DNA of 63,887 nt, counting the filler, from Sphacelaria rigidula (lineage: Eukaryota): the NCBI GenBank assembly GCA_964200075.2. It is 8 parts of 8 records of this genome, joined end to end, with 100 filler letters (N's around TTAATTAATTAA, not from the genome) between each part and the next. Parts side by side here need not be neighbours in the genome. Positions count along the whole stretch, not along the records: positions 32,000 to 39,897 come from CAXNAA020013057.1; positions 39,998 to 47,894 come from CAXNAA020013058.1; positions 47,995 to 55,891 come from CAXNAA020013059.1; 5 more parts are not named here. One strand, written 5' to 3'. Below the pieces are notes generated by a model, which saw only the letters and a program-made list of their open reading frames with translations, was not told the DNA's origin and searched no databases. This document shows, in pieces, positions 35,350 to 48,240 of this stretch. Both the position numbers and the translations under genes were made by a program. How positions within the stretch are numbered: position 1 is the stretch's first letter; the number at the start of each line of letters is the position of its first letter.

Positions 35350-37377
35350 TTAAGTCGGTTCAGGCCTACGGTGAACACCCCAGCAGGTGCTGGCGAGGGG
35401 CAAGCAGCGCCTTGGATCACAACTGGAGAGCTTCAAAAATACTTTACACCCTGGACGATGGATTGCATTGTTGAAACGTGTACTGGTACAGTATGGAATA
35501 TCTTGTCTATTGCAATAGACGCAACAACCGATAATGTATAAGGTACACTTGTTGAAAATGAACTTTACTGTCATTATCCAGGGTATGAAATACTTCTTTT
35601 GTTCGTAGGAAAGAACTACCCACTAGACCACTTGACGTAAGACAGCGGGCCTTGGCATCCACCCCTGCCCTTCGCTCTTTCCCACGCAGGGATGTCAAGA
35701 GTCCGATATGTGTGATGACTCCGACGGCTGTGGGGAAATTGAGTGAAATCGTTTGGTTCTGGTACTTGACCCGCACCCCTGTGTGGTGCCTCCGATATGT
35801 GAGGTACCTGTATAAAACCAAGGCGATGATATGGGGTGTTTTGAACGCACACCCCTGCGCGGTATCTCCGATAATATGCGATAACTCAATAAACCACGGC
35901 GGGCGTACAGCTACTTCCTGTGTGACGGTTGGTAGCAGGTTATTGGCCGCATAAACCCTGAGACGTGCATTCCACCAGGTACAAGGGTGACGCTAGAAAA
36001 CCGGCAGCGTAGAAAGCGAGTTTGGTTGGGTGCCACGAACGCACACGCAACACGACGTGACTGACTGCGGGAAAATGTATCAATTTGCCTTCCAGCTTTA
36101 TCCTTGGGTACTGCTGCTATGTTCACCTTCTCTCGTATTCATTTTCCGTCACTAGACCGGGTACGGTAGTTGCTGGTTGCGGTGCGTGCTTTTTTTTTTT
36201 TGCCTTCTTGGTTGAGCGGATACCGTTCGCCGACCCAGCAAAAATATCTCCTCCATTTTTTCACGTGTGCACCGCCACGGTGCGCTATAAATACAGCAGG
36301 AGAGTCCACGATGGGAACTCCTGAAAATTGCTAGCGCAAAAAGTGCCCCGGAAACCACTCGTGGTAGGTAGCACTCGACCTCAGACCCAGACGTGGGTTT
36401 TTCTCGGGGTCATCGCACCCCTGCGCCATGATCCCGATACCTGTGCGATGAACGAACTAAATCGTTTGTTTCCTGCTTTTTCTTACGCTTCTTGTGCCAA
36501 GTCACCGATATGTGCCATGACTCCAAGGGGTGTCAAGACCCGTCATCAAATGGTAGTTAGCGCCAGGGGGTGATAAAAAACACACGAGAGACGTCATTTT
36601 CAAGATTGTGTTCTGTAGGGTACACCCAGACGTGGATTCTTGGGTGGCATACTAAACTCAACCAAACTGTGTATCGAATGGGCTGGTGTGGTTCAGCAGG
36701 GTATCGAGCGTGGTTCCGAGCACTCCGGCATGATTCGGCCGGCATACCCTACAGAACACAGCCTTGGTACTCTTCCCAGGAGCAGCAAGTCAACACTGGT
36801 TCCACTCGTGGAAAAAAACAGACGGAAGGATCCACACTCTGCGTCTGCATGCCGAAACAAAAGTATAATGGGTAAGCAGTAAGTATGCTTTGATCTCAAC
36901 TGGACAGGAAATATAATAAAGTGTTCACTGCACATATGCTTCAAACAACAAAACCCGGAATATTTCACCTGTACGGATGATCTACTCGGGTCATCCGTTG
37001 TACTTACTGCACGAGTAAGGAAGGAAAAAGAAAAAAAGAGAGCGCAAGTATTGCCTACTTTTACAAAAGAGACATATATACTCTCGAACCACATTTTAGT
37101 GCAATCATAATAATAACCACGTGTACGAAGTATTTCTCATATGTCTTATTTTCACCTGCGAGAACGCGTAAACCAGCAACCCCGAAGTGATGGAGCGTTC
37201 CAACCCCAACCTCGGGATGATGAGCTGTACATTCCCCCGAAAACACATCAGAACATACGGACAACAGCAAAACGCGCACGGGATAGTATCCGAAACACAA
37301 TTCAAAAGAGCGCACGGAGGGTCAGCCAACGCAAGGCGGGGACAATTTTCTGTAACGAAGTGAGCTACCCCGGGATC

Positions 37378-37452
37378 CTTCTTGGAAAGGTTCCCATTGG
37401 GAAGCTTCTTCTTGGGAAATTCCTTCTTGGGAAACTCCCTCTTGGGAAGCTC
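37378..37452. repeat. 15-bp tandem repeat, ~5 units
   Basis: CTTCTTGGGAAATTC-like units; reads (E)FPKK repeats on the minus strand. Confidence 0.8.
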
Positions 37453-37777
37453 CGTCGAAAATTCTTGTTTGAATAGCTTATTTTTGAGTACTTCATTCTT
37501 GAATAATTCCCTTCCGGAACGTGTATATATCGACAAAAATCCTTCCTGTAAAATACCTTCTCGGGAAATTAACGATGTCTTCATGCAGATTCAAGTAAAG
37601 TCCAGTGATACCTTAGTCGACGACGTTGTGGAGTAGGCTGTACAACATCCGACTTCTGCAATTTTATCGTTTGCAGCGGGGTTTACCGAAAAGAAAGGCC
37701 TAGGTGAATGCGAGCAGCTGTGGGACTTTTCGTGCACGAGTGACCCCTTGAGCGCCGCGATATCTCTGCACCTGTTC

Positions 37778-38027
37778 ACACCCTGGACAATATATTGTCA
37801 GTAGATGCAATAGGCCTATACTGTACCCAGTACATATTTGTCTACTGCATCTGTTGACCATAAATTACCGACAAGTTTGCGATAGACCAGTACTGTACCC
37901 AGTGCATTTTTTGTCAAATGCATCTATTGACCATATACTACCGACAGTAGTTGCAATAGGTCTATACTATACCCGATACATTTGTTTTTGGTATATTGCA
38001 TCTGTTGACCATATATTATCCAGGGAA
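37778..38027. mobile_element. MITE family with CACCCTGGA termini and internal repeats
   Basis: ACACCCTGGACAATATA...TATATTATCCAGGG; three internal TGCATCT(G/A)TTGACCATA units; relatives at 35446-35586 and 38640-38730. Confidence 0.65.
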
Positions 38028-38452
38028 TGCATCTGTCGGATGCGCAAGATGTTCGCGGAGCAATTACAACTACCAGGCAACGGCTGTCCCAGTCTCCGCG
38101 AGCGCTAAAAACGGGTAGACTGATGGCTGTGAAAAAAACGAATTCACGACATTTTTTGCGTGGGAGGCCATCGTCGAAGGTCCGTACTCTGTGCCGCAAT
38201 CCGGCTAAATTCTTCTCTTCGAGCCAATCTCGTGGGAGACAAAGCAAGCCAGGGCCCTTGAGTATTGGAGATAAAGCGAGAAAAAAATACAAAAAATATG
38301 GAAATTGAAACTCTTCATTTCTAACGCTCTTGGGTTTTTTTCGTACCGACATTTTGTCCAACGCCAAGCGCTTTCTGTTCGTCATACAGTACGTTGATTT
38401 CTTCCCATCTGTGCCATGCATCACCACTGGATACAACGCGTACCGGCTTATT

Positions 38453-38453
38453 A

Positions 38454-38508
<55 letters not shown>
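38453..38508. repeat. (AAT)n microsatellite
   Basis: Direct inspection. Confidence 0.95.
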
Positions 38509-38510
<2 letters not shown>

Positions 38511-39897
38511 TAAAATCAGCAAACATTCAACGTCGTAAGCTTTTTTTCACGCTGATCCACACATCAATTGCTGGCGAATCGCATCCGTTTTTGCGTCATG
38601 ATGATGACACAACAAAACCTTCCAAACGCCACTCCTGCACACCCTGGACGATAGATTACGTTGTAAAAACGTGAACTGTGTAAAGTATCGACTACACTTT
38701 TCGACACGGTAATCTATTGTCCACGGTGTGCATTGGTGCAAAACACGTAAAAATGCCAGCGCTAGACATAGCAGGACATCAGTCGCCATCGTTGATCATT
38801 TCGTCGGGGGGGGGGGGGGGGTTCTCTCTCTCGAACCTTTGGGAACACCGCCACCAGGAGTCCCATGAGAGCAAGGCTGGCTCCGCTTTCCGCGACGCCC
38901 CACTCGAACTTCCGGTCAGTGTACTGTCGAAAATACACGTGGCAGAACAACAGCGGTACATGGGACAAGAGAGGCAAACAATCAACAAAAACGCGGAACA
39001 AGATAAATTTGAAACGAACGCAGACAAATCTATGGTGGAAAAATAATACGGGATGATTGTAGAAAGCACATTCCTCACCTTCCTGGGGTTCCGCGATCTC
39101 GGTCCCCTGAAATATTTCCGCAAATAGTTGTCCCTCATTATCGGGAAGCCTCTAGCTCACCTGGTCTCTACGAGGGGCCACCATACTCTCTTCCGGATTC
39201 TACACCTCACGCAATAATCTTTCGTGGGTAGCAGGTTCACTAGGCATACTCTACGTTTCTGCTGTTTTTCAAACTACTTTTTCGAATGCTAGTTCGTCGG
39301 AGCTTGTATACCTCGAATATTGGCACAATCCCTCCCCCCCCCCCGCCCCTGGTGTTACTCCGCGCCGCATGAAAATCGAGTATACAAGTACAAAAATGAA
39401 CGCTTTGATAAGGGGGGGGGCGTACTCATTTGTTGCTTGCCTTAGTCGTTTGACCATTGACCACGCATCCCTTTCGAGACGGAGCACCGGCTTTCAAAAG
39501 GGGGGGCGGACAGTTCTGAAAAGAGTGTTCGAGCGGGGAGTTCGATTAAAAACAAGTGAAAAGAAAAAACTATTCGAGCGGATCTCGTGCGATTATCATG
39601 AGATACAAGCCCCCTTGAAACAAATCGAACGACAAATCACTCATTATGTCGGCGAATCAGGTTAGCCCCGAGAACTTCTTACTTGGTCGTACTAAGTTTA
39701 AGGTGCCTGCTTAAAACCCAAGAAAAACATCAGCGTTACGATCGTTGCGTTTTTGGATGCTGGATATTCGCTTTGTTGCTGTCTCTATTTCCTCATCCTT
39801 CTGCCGGGGGGGGGGGGGGGGAACTTATACTTCCTCTTTGCCTTTGGTACAGGTGCTTAAAATCGGAAGAGAACACGTTTGACCTCCAGTCCCGGCT

Positions 39898-39997
39898 NNN
39901 NNNNNNNNNNNNNNNNNNNNNNNNNNNNNNNNNNNNNNNNNTTAATTAATTAANNNNNNNNNNNNNNNNNNNNNNNNNNNNNNNNNNNNNNNNNNNN
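39898..39997. other. Artificial contig spacer
   Basis: N44-TTAATTAATTAA-N44. Confidence 0.98.
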
Positions 39998-41377
39998 TCG
40001 TTGGCTCCTTGCTGTCGGTGGTGCTACCCGATTGCCTTCCGTCCGCAACATCATCTTCCATGGACTTTTCTTCACCCACTCCCGTGTTCGTAGATTCCGC
40101 TTGCGCGACTACACAGTCTACGTGCTGCTGCCTGACCACCTCCAGCTCTACAACCTTGTCGTCAACCACTTCAGGACCGCTTAATCGATTGCATTGAGCG
40201 CTGAATCCACCGACACCCGATTGGACATCAATATGAAAAGAACCGGCTACGTATTAACCATTCCCGTAGCGTTTTCCACTATACTGCCCGTCCATATCTG
40301 CAGCTGTTCGTGCAGTTCCATGCCCGCGACACTCCGGAATTGTTCCAAGCAACATTCCGAGATATTCTCGACTCAGAGACCCAGTCTTTCCCGACAGATC
40401 CTATTCGGTAAACCGGGGAAGTCAGCGCTCATCGTTGTCTCCCTCACGTCTCACTCGGGCGGTGGAAGCTATGACTTCGGCCGCTGCTGAGGACGATACA
40501 CATCCGACGAAAGTCGTGTCACGACCGGCATTCGATGATTCACACCCCTACGTTGGAATCTTCGAGGTGGGCATTGGCGACGGCGTCGCAGTCGCGCCCA
40601 AAGGCCACCAGTAATCATGCCACTACTACCAGACAATCCTGATGTACTGTGGACGTACTAGTTACAGTAACTCCACAGTACATCAGGATTGTCCGGTAGT
40701 AGTGGCATGATTTCTGGTGGCCTTTGGGCGCGACTGCTACGCCGTCGCCAATGCCCACCTCGAAGATTCCAACGTAGGGATGTAAATCATCGAATGTCGG
40801 TTGTGACACGACTTCCGTCGGATGTGTATCATCCTCAGCAGCGGCCGAAGTCATAGCTTCCACCGCCCGAGTGAGACGTGAGGGAGACAACGATGCCTTT
40901 GTGGAGGCGAAGTGATCTCGCGTGCCATCTTCGCAGGTGTTCTCTCTGACACCCGACTTCGTTGGCTCCTTGCTGTCGGTGGTGCTACCCGATTGCCTTC
41001 CGTCCGCAACATCATCTTCCATGGACTTTTCTTCACCCACTCCCGTGTTCGTAGATTCCGCTTGCGCGACTACACAGTCTACGTGTTGCTGCCTGACCAC
41101 TTCCAGCTCTACAACCTTGTCGTCAACCACTTCAGGACCGCTTAATCGATTGCTCTGAATGCTGACTTCACCGGTTGAGGGAATAGGATCCGTCGGGAAA
41201 GACTGGGTCCCTGAGTCGATAACATTTCGGAATTTTGCTTGGAACGAATTCGGAGAGCTGCGAACATGAAACTGCACGAGCAGCTGCAGACATGGATGGG
41301 CAGTATAGTTAGAAACGCCAACGGGAAGGGTGAACACGTAGCCGGTGCTCTTTCAGATCGATGCTCAATCGGGTGTC
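39998..41377. repeat. Rearranged inverted duplication of a probable copia integrase-RT linker
   Basis: 40430-40653 is the reverse complement of 40672-40895; 40212-40429 of 41156-41377; 39998-40192 is a direct copy of 40959-41153. Confidence 0.85.
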
Positions 41378-42999
41378 TCGTGAATGATATAGTGAAATAA
41401 TGGTGAAAGTGGCGAACGGTCCGCGCAAGTTCACAGTACCCGTCGCGGAGGCTACATTACGCCGTTATGTCAGACGTTTTACAAGCAGTAGGTCGGGAGA
41501 AACCTGAGCATGGCACGTAGACGGCGCACAACGAACACTACGGACGAACTTCCAACGCACACTGGGAACACAAAGTGTGGACGTCCTAGCCCTAGCTCGC
41601 GGCCTGGAGTCCATGCCAGCTTCCTGTGTTTGTTATTTCCTTTTTTCTGTTTGTCTTTTGTCGAGCTCGGCTCGCTAAGTGTTTCTCTTCCCGCATTTCT
41701 ACATCGAGTGCGTCTGTTTCGTGACAACTTCCATCTCCGAAGTGGATCAGATCGTGTCTAACGACGAATAAAGAATCAACCGATCAGTAAGGCATAGAAT
41801 ATTTGAAAGTGTTCGTGCCATATGGAATCACATCGTCGCAGGTCAGGACGACCGGCGCATAGACCCGGGCATTGTGTGAATATGGCGAGGGCGGTGATTA
41901 TCAATACTAGTAAGAACACCATAAGGAGGCCGTGGATGGCACCCTCCTTCATCTCTGAGCTCTCGGTGGCAACACCACGCGGGGAGCCGAATCAACACCG
42001 ATACCCGCGTTATGGTGAACAGTGCAAGGGTTCTAGCGGAGGAGCACGTGACCATACCGTGTTTAGCTAGAATGTACGAGGTACCTTACACGTGTATACC
42101 TCTCGGCTGCAGTCTGTTTCTCACGATGCTTTGTCAAACAGGAGCAGCTCAAGGTCGGGTTGAGCTGTCCCCAAGAGTTTACTTTCCTCATCCAATATAT
42201 CCTTATCTGCCCCTTCCAAAATCTGCGCACGAAATGCAGTTCGCGAGAAAGTCCGTCAGTCCAACGTAGAGACAACGTTCGGGGCGCGGACATGTACCAG
42301 GTATACGTTTCAGGGTACGAGGACGATCACACACACACAAGGGTAGCTCAAATTTTACCTTGTTCCACTGTAGCCGACTCGTTGTGAATCTGCTTCCCTT
42401 AGGCTGCTGCCCAGGAACATTGCTTGTACCTGAAGCCGATGCTCCATAGGCTCTCATCACTCCTAATAGTCCAGAGCCATTGCTCGAGCCGCGGAGGATT
42501 CCAAGCGAGTCTCGCAGGCTCGTGAAAAACTTCGCCACGCTAACAATGTCACCCTTCGTCACTTTCAACTTCAACTCGCTGCAACAGCGGGCATACCACG
42601 AAGCGATGCCAAAACGGGAGGTGAGCTGTTTATCTTGAAGTGTCGCTACATACGAGACACGGTGTCCCGATGGGGATCGGATTAGGGATGGTCCAGGCGA
42701 AGCTTCCGCTATTCATCGGTCGGAGAGGGCGTGTTGGGATCCGCATCCACGATGACGGAAACTGTGCATCTGCCAGCACTATTACCTCCGCTCTCATGAT
42801 GGCGGCACAGAGTGGGGCACGGTTCGATGAGGTGACAGCACACGTGTGGCACACTCTGTCTACTCTAGCGCATACGACGCTGGGGGATCGCCACGAGGCA
42901 ACGCACGCAGCCCAGCTCTCGCCTGGGGACTGTGTCATCGTCGCATTGATTAAGTTGTCACCAACCCAGGCACAGACACGCTCGCTACGATCTGTGTTC

Positions 43000-43205
43000 G
43001 TAATCCTTCTGGTGTTTCTGTGATCTCAACAAAATCATTCGCGAACATCAATCCTGATACCATATCTTTACCCACCTTGACTCCTTGCTTTGCTGCTTCT
43101 ATTGCTAATATCAAGTCATTGATAAATACCTTGAACAAAGTAGGTGATAACGTACACCTTTGTGCAACTCAATGTGAAATATCAGAATATTTCGATATTT
43201 CCCCG
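43000..43205 (-). pseudogene. LINE reverse transcriptase fragment
   Basis: VAQRCTLSPTLFKVFINDL...GLMFANDFV (QGxxLSP and FADD motifs, decayed). Confidence 0.85.
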
Positions 43206-43218
43206 TCTAGCACGCCGC

Positions 43219-43475
43219 GCCCCGGTAGTGTAATGGTCTGACTGTCGCCATTAGGGTGGAGAGAACCGGTTCGATTCCCGATGGGTTGTGTTTTTCTCCG
43301 TAGTATCTAATTCCCACCGTAGAAAGCGTGAGAACGTGAGTAAAACGAAATGGTCGACTGGGTTTGTACGACGTTAGCTGACGCGGTGCGGGAGTGTTGA
43401 CCCAATCCGCGAGACCAAAATGAAAGGCACATACCGGGGGAGAGATGGGTTGATCCCTGGAGACCACGGACTCAT
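43219..43475 (+). mobile_element. tRNA-related SINE-like element
   Basis: A box TAGTGTAATGG and B box GGTTCGATTCC; 3' body similar to 48998-49140. Confidence 0.6.
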
Positions 43476-43685
43476 CCCGAGGAAGGGGAAGGGTTCAAAG
43501 TGTGAGTAAAAAAAAGATGAGCATCATAGCACGTTTGGCGCATTATGTCATCTTCTTCACCATTCTCCACATATTTCCTCTGATCCCAACTTCCCACAAC
43601 TTTTTCCACAACCCATTCTCCATACTGTGTCATAAGCCTTTTGCACGGCCAGGAAGAAACAGTACGTTGTCAACCCGGTGTCTTT

Positions 43686-43909
43686 GACACTTTCTACGAT
43701 AGCCCCCCCCCAAAACAATGGCCATACAGCGCCTGATGTTCGCGTTCAGGCTGCATGAAGCGCCTCATATTGGCGGCATTGGCTAGAACAAACACAAGCG
43801 TGGGAATTCCCAGCTTATCGTTGTGCTCGGCCTTTCCCATTTCGATTTACGTCAAGATTTTGCCTCCCAAAACCATGCACTTTTGGGGGGGGCTATCGTA
43901 GAAAGTGTC
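43686..43909. mobile_element. MITE with 4-bp TSD
   Basis: Near-perfect TIR GACACTTTCTACGATAG(C)nAAAA; exact TSD CTTT at 43682-43685 and 43910-43913. Confidence 0.88.
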
Positions 43910-44019
43910 CTTTCCTACCCCGAATAATCTTACCTAGTGTGTACACATGGTCTACGCAACTATGGTTTGGTCTAAATCCTGCTTGCCCCTCGCTGATTTC
44001 GTCTTCCTTTTCTAGCATC

Positions 44020-44850
44020 GTCCCTTTCCTGGTGCCCTTAGCCATACGCTCTCGTCGAATTTCGTGTCGTCGATCACTTCTATACTGTCACACAGATATT
44101 CCCTGACTCAGAAGCCTACCCCCCCGCTCCCCTGCTCTTGGGCCCCTTTCCCTTACGCCTTTTATCTATCCATGCGTACTCTTCAACTTTGCATCCTATT
44201 CGCGCCTCCTCTTTCTCCCATGACTCTTGGATTCCTACTACATCTAGGTCGTGTTTACTCACTTGCTGCGCTATCTCTTCTCTTTTGCGCTTGTCTGTGA
44301 CAAATCCACACACGCTCCACCATCCTGTTCTTCACTTCTTTTCCGAATCATTATCTGCTCTCGTGATGTCTACTGTTTTCTCTCCGTCGCTGTTACTTCC
44401 ACTTTCCCTTGCTTGGCTGTTCTTCGTGTTTCTGCGTTGGTTATCGTCTATTCGCTTCGGGCCGCTATGTCCCCCCCTCTTGCCCTTCCGGGCACTTACC
44501 TCCTCCGGCCTCTCTCCCCTCCGCTTACCCGTGGACTACGTCCTAGGTTTGTTGTTCCATTAGCAATGCATACCCCCCACCCTACTCTTCTAGCTCATGC
44601 AGGCACCTCACGTATCTCCATCCTTTCCCACTCCTTGCTCGCGCTCTGTTTCAGCGTGACTCGGAAGTATGCTCCCTCCCCTTCTACTTTTCTTTTGCCA
44701 AACAGTATAGTCTAACTCCATTGCATTTCCTTTCAAACGCTATCCTCGTCATGTCGCTATGGACTCCAAATATCAGCACTACTAGTACTTTACCCGTCCA
44801 ATCTTTACTTCTCCATCCGCCCTTCCTTACCGTCTCTCTCTCTTGATCTC
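44020..44850 (-). mobile_element. LINE 5' region and endonuclease start, same family as 5805-7901
   Basis: Colinear with ~5815-6640; VVGIQESW, SRGAGGVGF. Confidence 0.88.
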
Positions 44851-45812
44851 TTTCGAGATAATCTCCAGCTTGTTCGTTTTGAGTATATTGGTGGGATGTA
44901 GTCTCTGGAACATCCCAATCCTAGTACTTGTTAGGAGTTTGGTGCCCTTCTATTTCCTTTGCTGGCTCACCAACACTAGATGATGCCTCCAACACAGGCT
45001 TGTAGCCTGAAGCCAAGTTCAACAGCTTTGACACAAGTACCCCACGTTCGTGTCAGGCGATCTTCATGGTGAACCATCTAGGCGTCCCACGATCGTATCT
45101 TCTATCTCCTTGCCCCGCTGCTGTACCGGTTACTTTCCTCCAGGGAGGTCATTTTCACCGTGTAAGGCTCAAGGACGGCTTGCATAGCACAAGGCCTTAC
45201 TCACATCGGGATGTCCCGTACATCACTTTTCCCACTCCGTGTACGGTTCACCATGGGTCGCTACTCCACGAATGCTTCCGGGTAGACCTTCGCTGTCGAA
45301 AGCTTGGCCAACGATTGATCCCCCCACACTTTGCACCAGCTTCTATCCTTCAAGATCTCAAGAAGTCTACGGACTGCTTGGTGCTCCTTCTCGTAGGTCA
45401 TGTGGTGGGTCATTGGTAAGGTGTTTGTTCCATCAGTACAGTAGGTCTTGACGTTTATGTCATGCAGTATCCACTCCTTTCCTTCATTAGGCGCCTTTTG
45501 CACCTAATGTCGGAAATTTCAGGGAAATGGCTGACCAGATTTCCACTGCCCGATGGAAACCGGTGAGGTTTTACAGGTATCTCACCACGAGACATGTGAA
45601 TGTAACATGGAGGGGGTGATGACCCTACCCTACCCGTACTTGTCATGCATTTTGTATTCTCGATTGGCATTTATGGTGGTCAGCCTTCACGCTATTACTT
45701 ACATGCCTAGGTTTTGGTTTTATTCTTGTCTTACATTTGTGGTTATATGGGGGGAATAATCTCTGTCTTTTCCCGTCTTGAGATGGGAAAGTGTATCTGT
45801 CAGTTTTTGCAA

Positions 45813-46375
45813 TTTCACGTCTATATCCGGGCTGTGCTACGATAGGTGAAAGAAAAAGGAGAGTTGGCTTCTTCTTCCATACCTACATCCAGGCTGTATC
45901 ATGGTAGGTTCAAGAAAAAGGGCGGCTGTCTTCTCTATTTCATGTCTATGTCCGGGCTGTGTTACGGTAGGTCAAAGAAAAAGGAGGACTAGCTTCCTTA
46001 TTTCATGTCTATATCCGGGCTGTATCATGGTAGCTTGAAGTAAAAGCAAGGGTGGCTATTTAATAGCATGTCCATGTCCGGGCTGTGTTCTGATGGGTGA
46101 GAGGAAAAGGGGGGTGAGGTTCTCTACTTTATCCCTGTTTCCTGGCTGCTTCTCTATTTCATGTCTATGTCCGGGCTGTATTCTGGTAGGTTGAAGAAAA
46201 ACAGGGTTAGCTTCTTCTTTTCATGTTCACGCCCGGGCTGTGCTATGGTAGGGTAAAGAAAAAGGAAGGTTCGCTTCTTCATTTCATGTCCATGTCCTGG
46301 CTGTGTTATGGTAGGTTAAAGAAAAAGCAGGGAAAGTTTCTCTTTTCCATGTTCATGTCCGGGCTGTGTAATGGT
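45813..46375. repeat. Degenerate ~60-bp tandem array, ~9 units
   Basis: Recurrent TTCATGTCTATGTCCGGGCTGT..TATGGTAGGT..AAGAAAAAG. Confidence 0.85.
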
Positions 46376-47340
46376 GGCGGGAAAAAGAGGAGAGAAAGAG
46401 GAACAGGAAGAAGAAGGAGACGATTTGGAAGGGCGAAAACGCAGAATAAGGAAATGGAAGGAGTGACACAAGGCCAGCTTTGTTACATCATAACTATACC
46501 CATCTTGCGTGTTTTTGGGGGAAAGCAAAATTGGTTATTTTTACGCTTCTGCATGTCTATTTTGTTTGTCCGTCTGGGACTTTCTTTTGTCTAGAGGTAG
46601 TTTATGGTGCAGGTACGGTGACAGTCTGTACATTTCATGTCTAGGTTCTAGTGGCTTGGTTCACAGCGCCGTTGCCACTTGACGCCAACCCAAATAGTAC
46701 AGGAGTGAGGAGGGGGAACGAGGGGAGTACAGATATGGGTAAGCGAAGAAATATTCGAATTGAGGATAGCAACGCCGCCGAGGAGAGTTGAGAGAGAGGC
46801 AGCAGCACGTATCGCCCGCATCTCGGACTGACCATGGCGGAGGTGACATGAATCCCCACCATTCCCCCATGCCATTGTTTGTCACTAAATCCTGCTCTTC
46901 CGTTGTAACCCTCTCGTGATGTGTGTTTTGGTGCATTTCTCGGTATGCCTAGAATAGTCGTGCATATAGTTATTCCTCTAGAGGTACAAGCATATAACCA
47001 TGCTATTCTTACTGCTTTTTGGTCGGTGGTTTTTGGTTCCTGAGTTTGGCTCCAATTCTGTTTGGCTGCGCTTGTCGAGTAGGAGGCGTGGGGTCTGCTT
47101 CCAGTAGTCCGAATTTTGCCTGTGACGAGGTTCGCGATATTTCTTTTGTCTTCTTATGGCGTTTATGTGAATTTTCCCCGGGTCCTACCTTATCGTTTCA
47201 TGCCATTGTACCTGTAAGTTACTTTTAATAGTTACCCTAGTTACCCTAGTTACCCTGTGACCACGGAAGGCACCCCATCAGATACCTAGTACGGGAACAG
47301 AGGTACTGCGGATATATCGGAGCTGCCTTTGATGTAAGGA

Positions 47341-47347
47341 CAACAAT

Positions 47348-47428
<81 letters not shown>
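47341..47428. repeat. (CAA)n microsatellite
   Basis: Direct inspection. Confidence 0.95.
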
Positions 47429-47429
<1 letters not shown>

Positions 47430-47579
47430 TGAATAGGAGGAAGAATCCCTCTACATTACGTCGAATGAAGGGGTAAGAAATCATGTTTATATCTGAGTAA
47501 CCTTCACTAGGACGCACGACTGATGGTACAGACAGCAAAGGACCTGACTGTCCATGAGGGTGTACTGTATGTTTCTCAC

Positions 47580-47807
47580 CTTGCCGCAAAACGGGCTGCG
47601 CGTGCGTCAAATCGACTGATTCCCAGATGTCAGCGAGATTCATGGTTGCTCGTCCTTCCGGTGTGACGGTTCGGACGGTGTCACGGTCGAAGTCAAAGAT
47701 GAACTCGCCGGGAGCAACAGGGAGGTTCTGGACACTGACGTCATGAGCGATGTCGACCATTGACACTTGGCCTGTCACAGTCACCACACGATCGTTGGTC
47801 ACGACAA
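47580..47807 (-). CDS. Probable exon of an unknown gene, 5' side cut by a MITE
   Basis: Open, coding-like frame LVVTNDRVVTVTGQVSMVDI...QPVLRQ ending at CAAG|GTGAG. Confidence 0.35.
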
Positions 47808-47894
47808 GAGTCATCCTACGATAGGGGGGGGGGGGTATTTGGTTGCACGAAAAAAAAAGGTCATGAACATGTTAGACAACCTTACACACTTGTG

Positions 47895-47994
47895 NNNNNN
47901 NNNNNNNNNNNNNNNNNNNNNNNNNNNNNNNNNNNNNNTTAATTAATTAANNNNNNNNNNNNNNNNNNNNNNNNNNNNNNNNNNNNNNNNNNNN
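47895..47994. other. Artificial contig spacer
   Basis: N44-TTAATTAATTAA-N44. Confidence 0.98.
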
Positions 47995-48199
47995 GGAGAG
48001 CGGCTATGTCGGGGGTACACAAAATTCGACTCAACGGTTGACGAGGGAAAGGGGCTGCTGAACCTCTCTCGCGATAAATAAGAGAAGGCAAGCACCGCAG
48101 AAGGAAGGTGGGGTACTAGAACAAATAAAAAAGGAAAAGCTCCTGTGTTGACCTTCCTCCTGTGTGACCCCGACCGGCGTCCAGAATGGAAAGGACGAC

Positions 48200-48238
<39 letters not shown>
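47995..48238 (+). mobile_element. Body and (CA)n tail of a tRNA-derived SINE
   Basis: Reverse-complement similarity to 51033-51306. Confidence 0.75.

Positions 48239-48240
<2 letters not shown>

Noticed and set aside
37924-38526. Poly-Tyr and poly-Leu ORFs (also 19508-19948, 47278-47814)
   Set aside because: Homopolymer peptides come from trinucleotide microsatellites.
46150-46215. Tc1/IS630 transposase motif (NLPEYSPD) on the minus strand
   Set aside because: Falls in one frame of a tandem repeat unit, is followed by a stop, and has no DDE context.
47230-47257. (AGTTACCCT)3 as a telomeric repeat
   Set aside because: Only three units, and the adjacent sequence recurs at ~54290-54335, so it is more likely the tail of a dispersed repeat.
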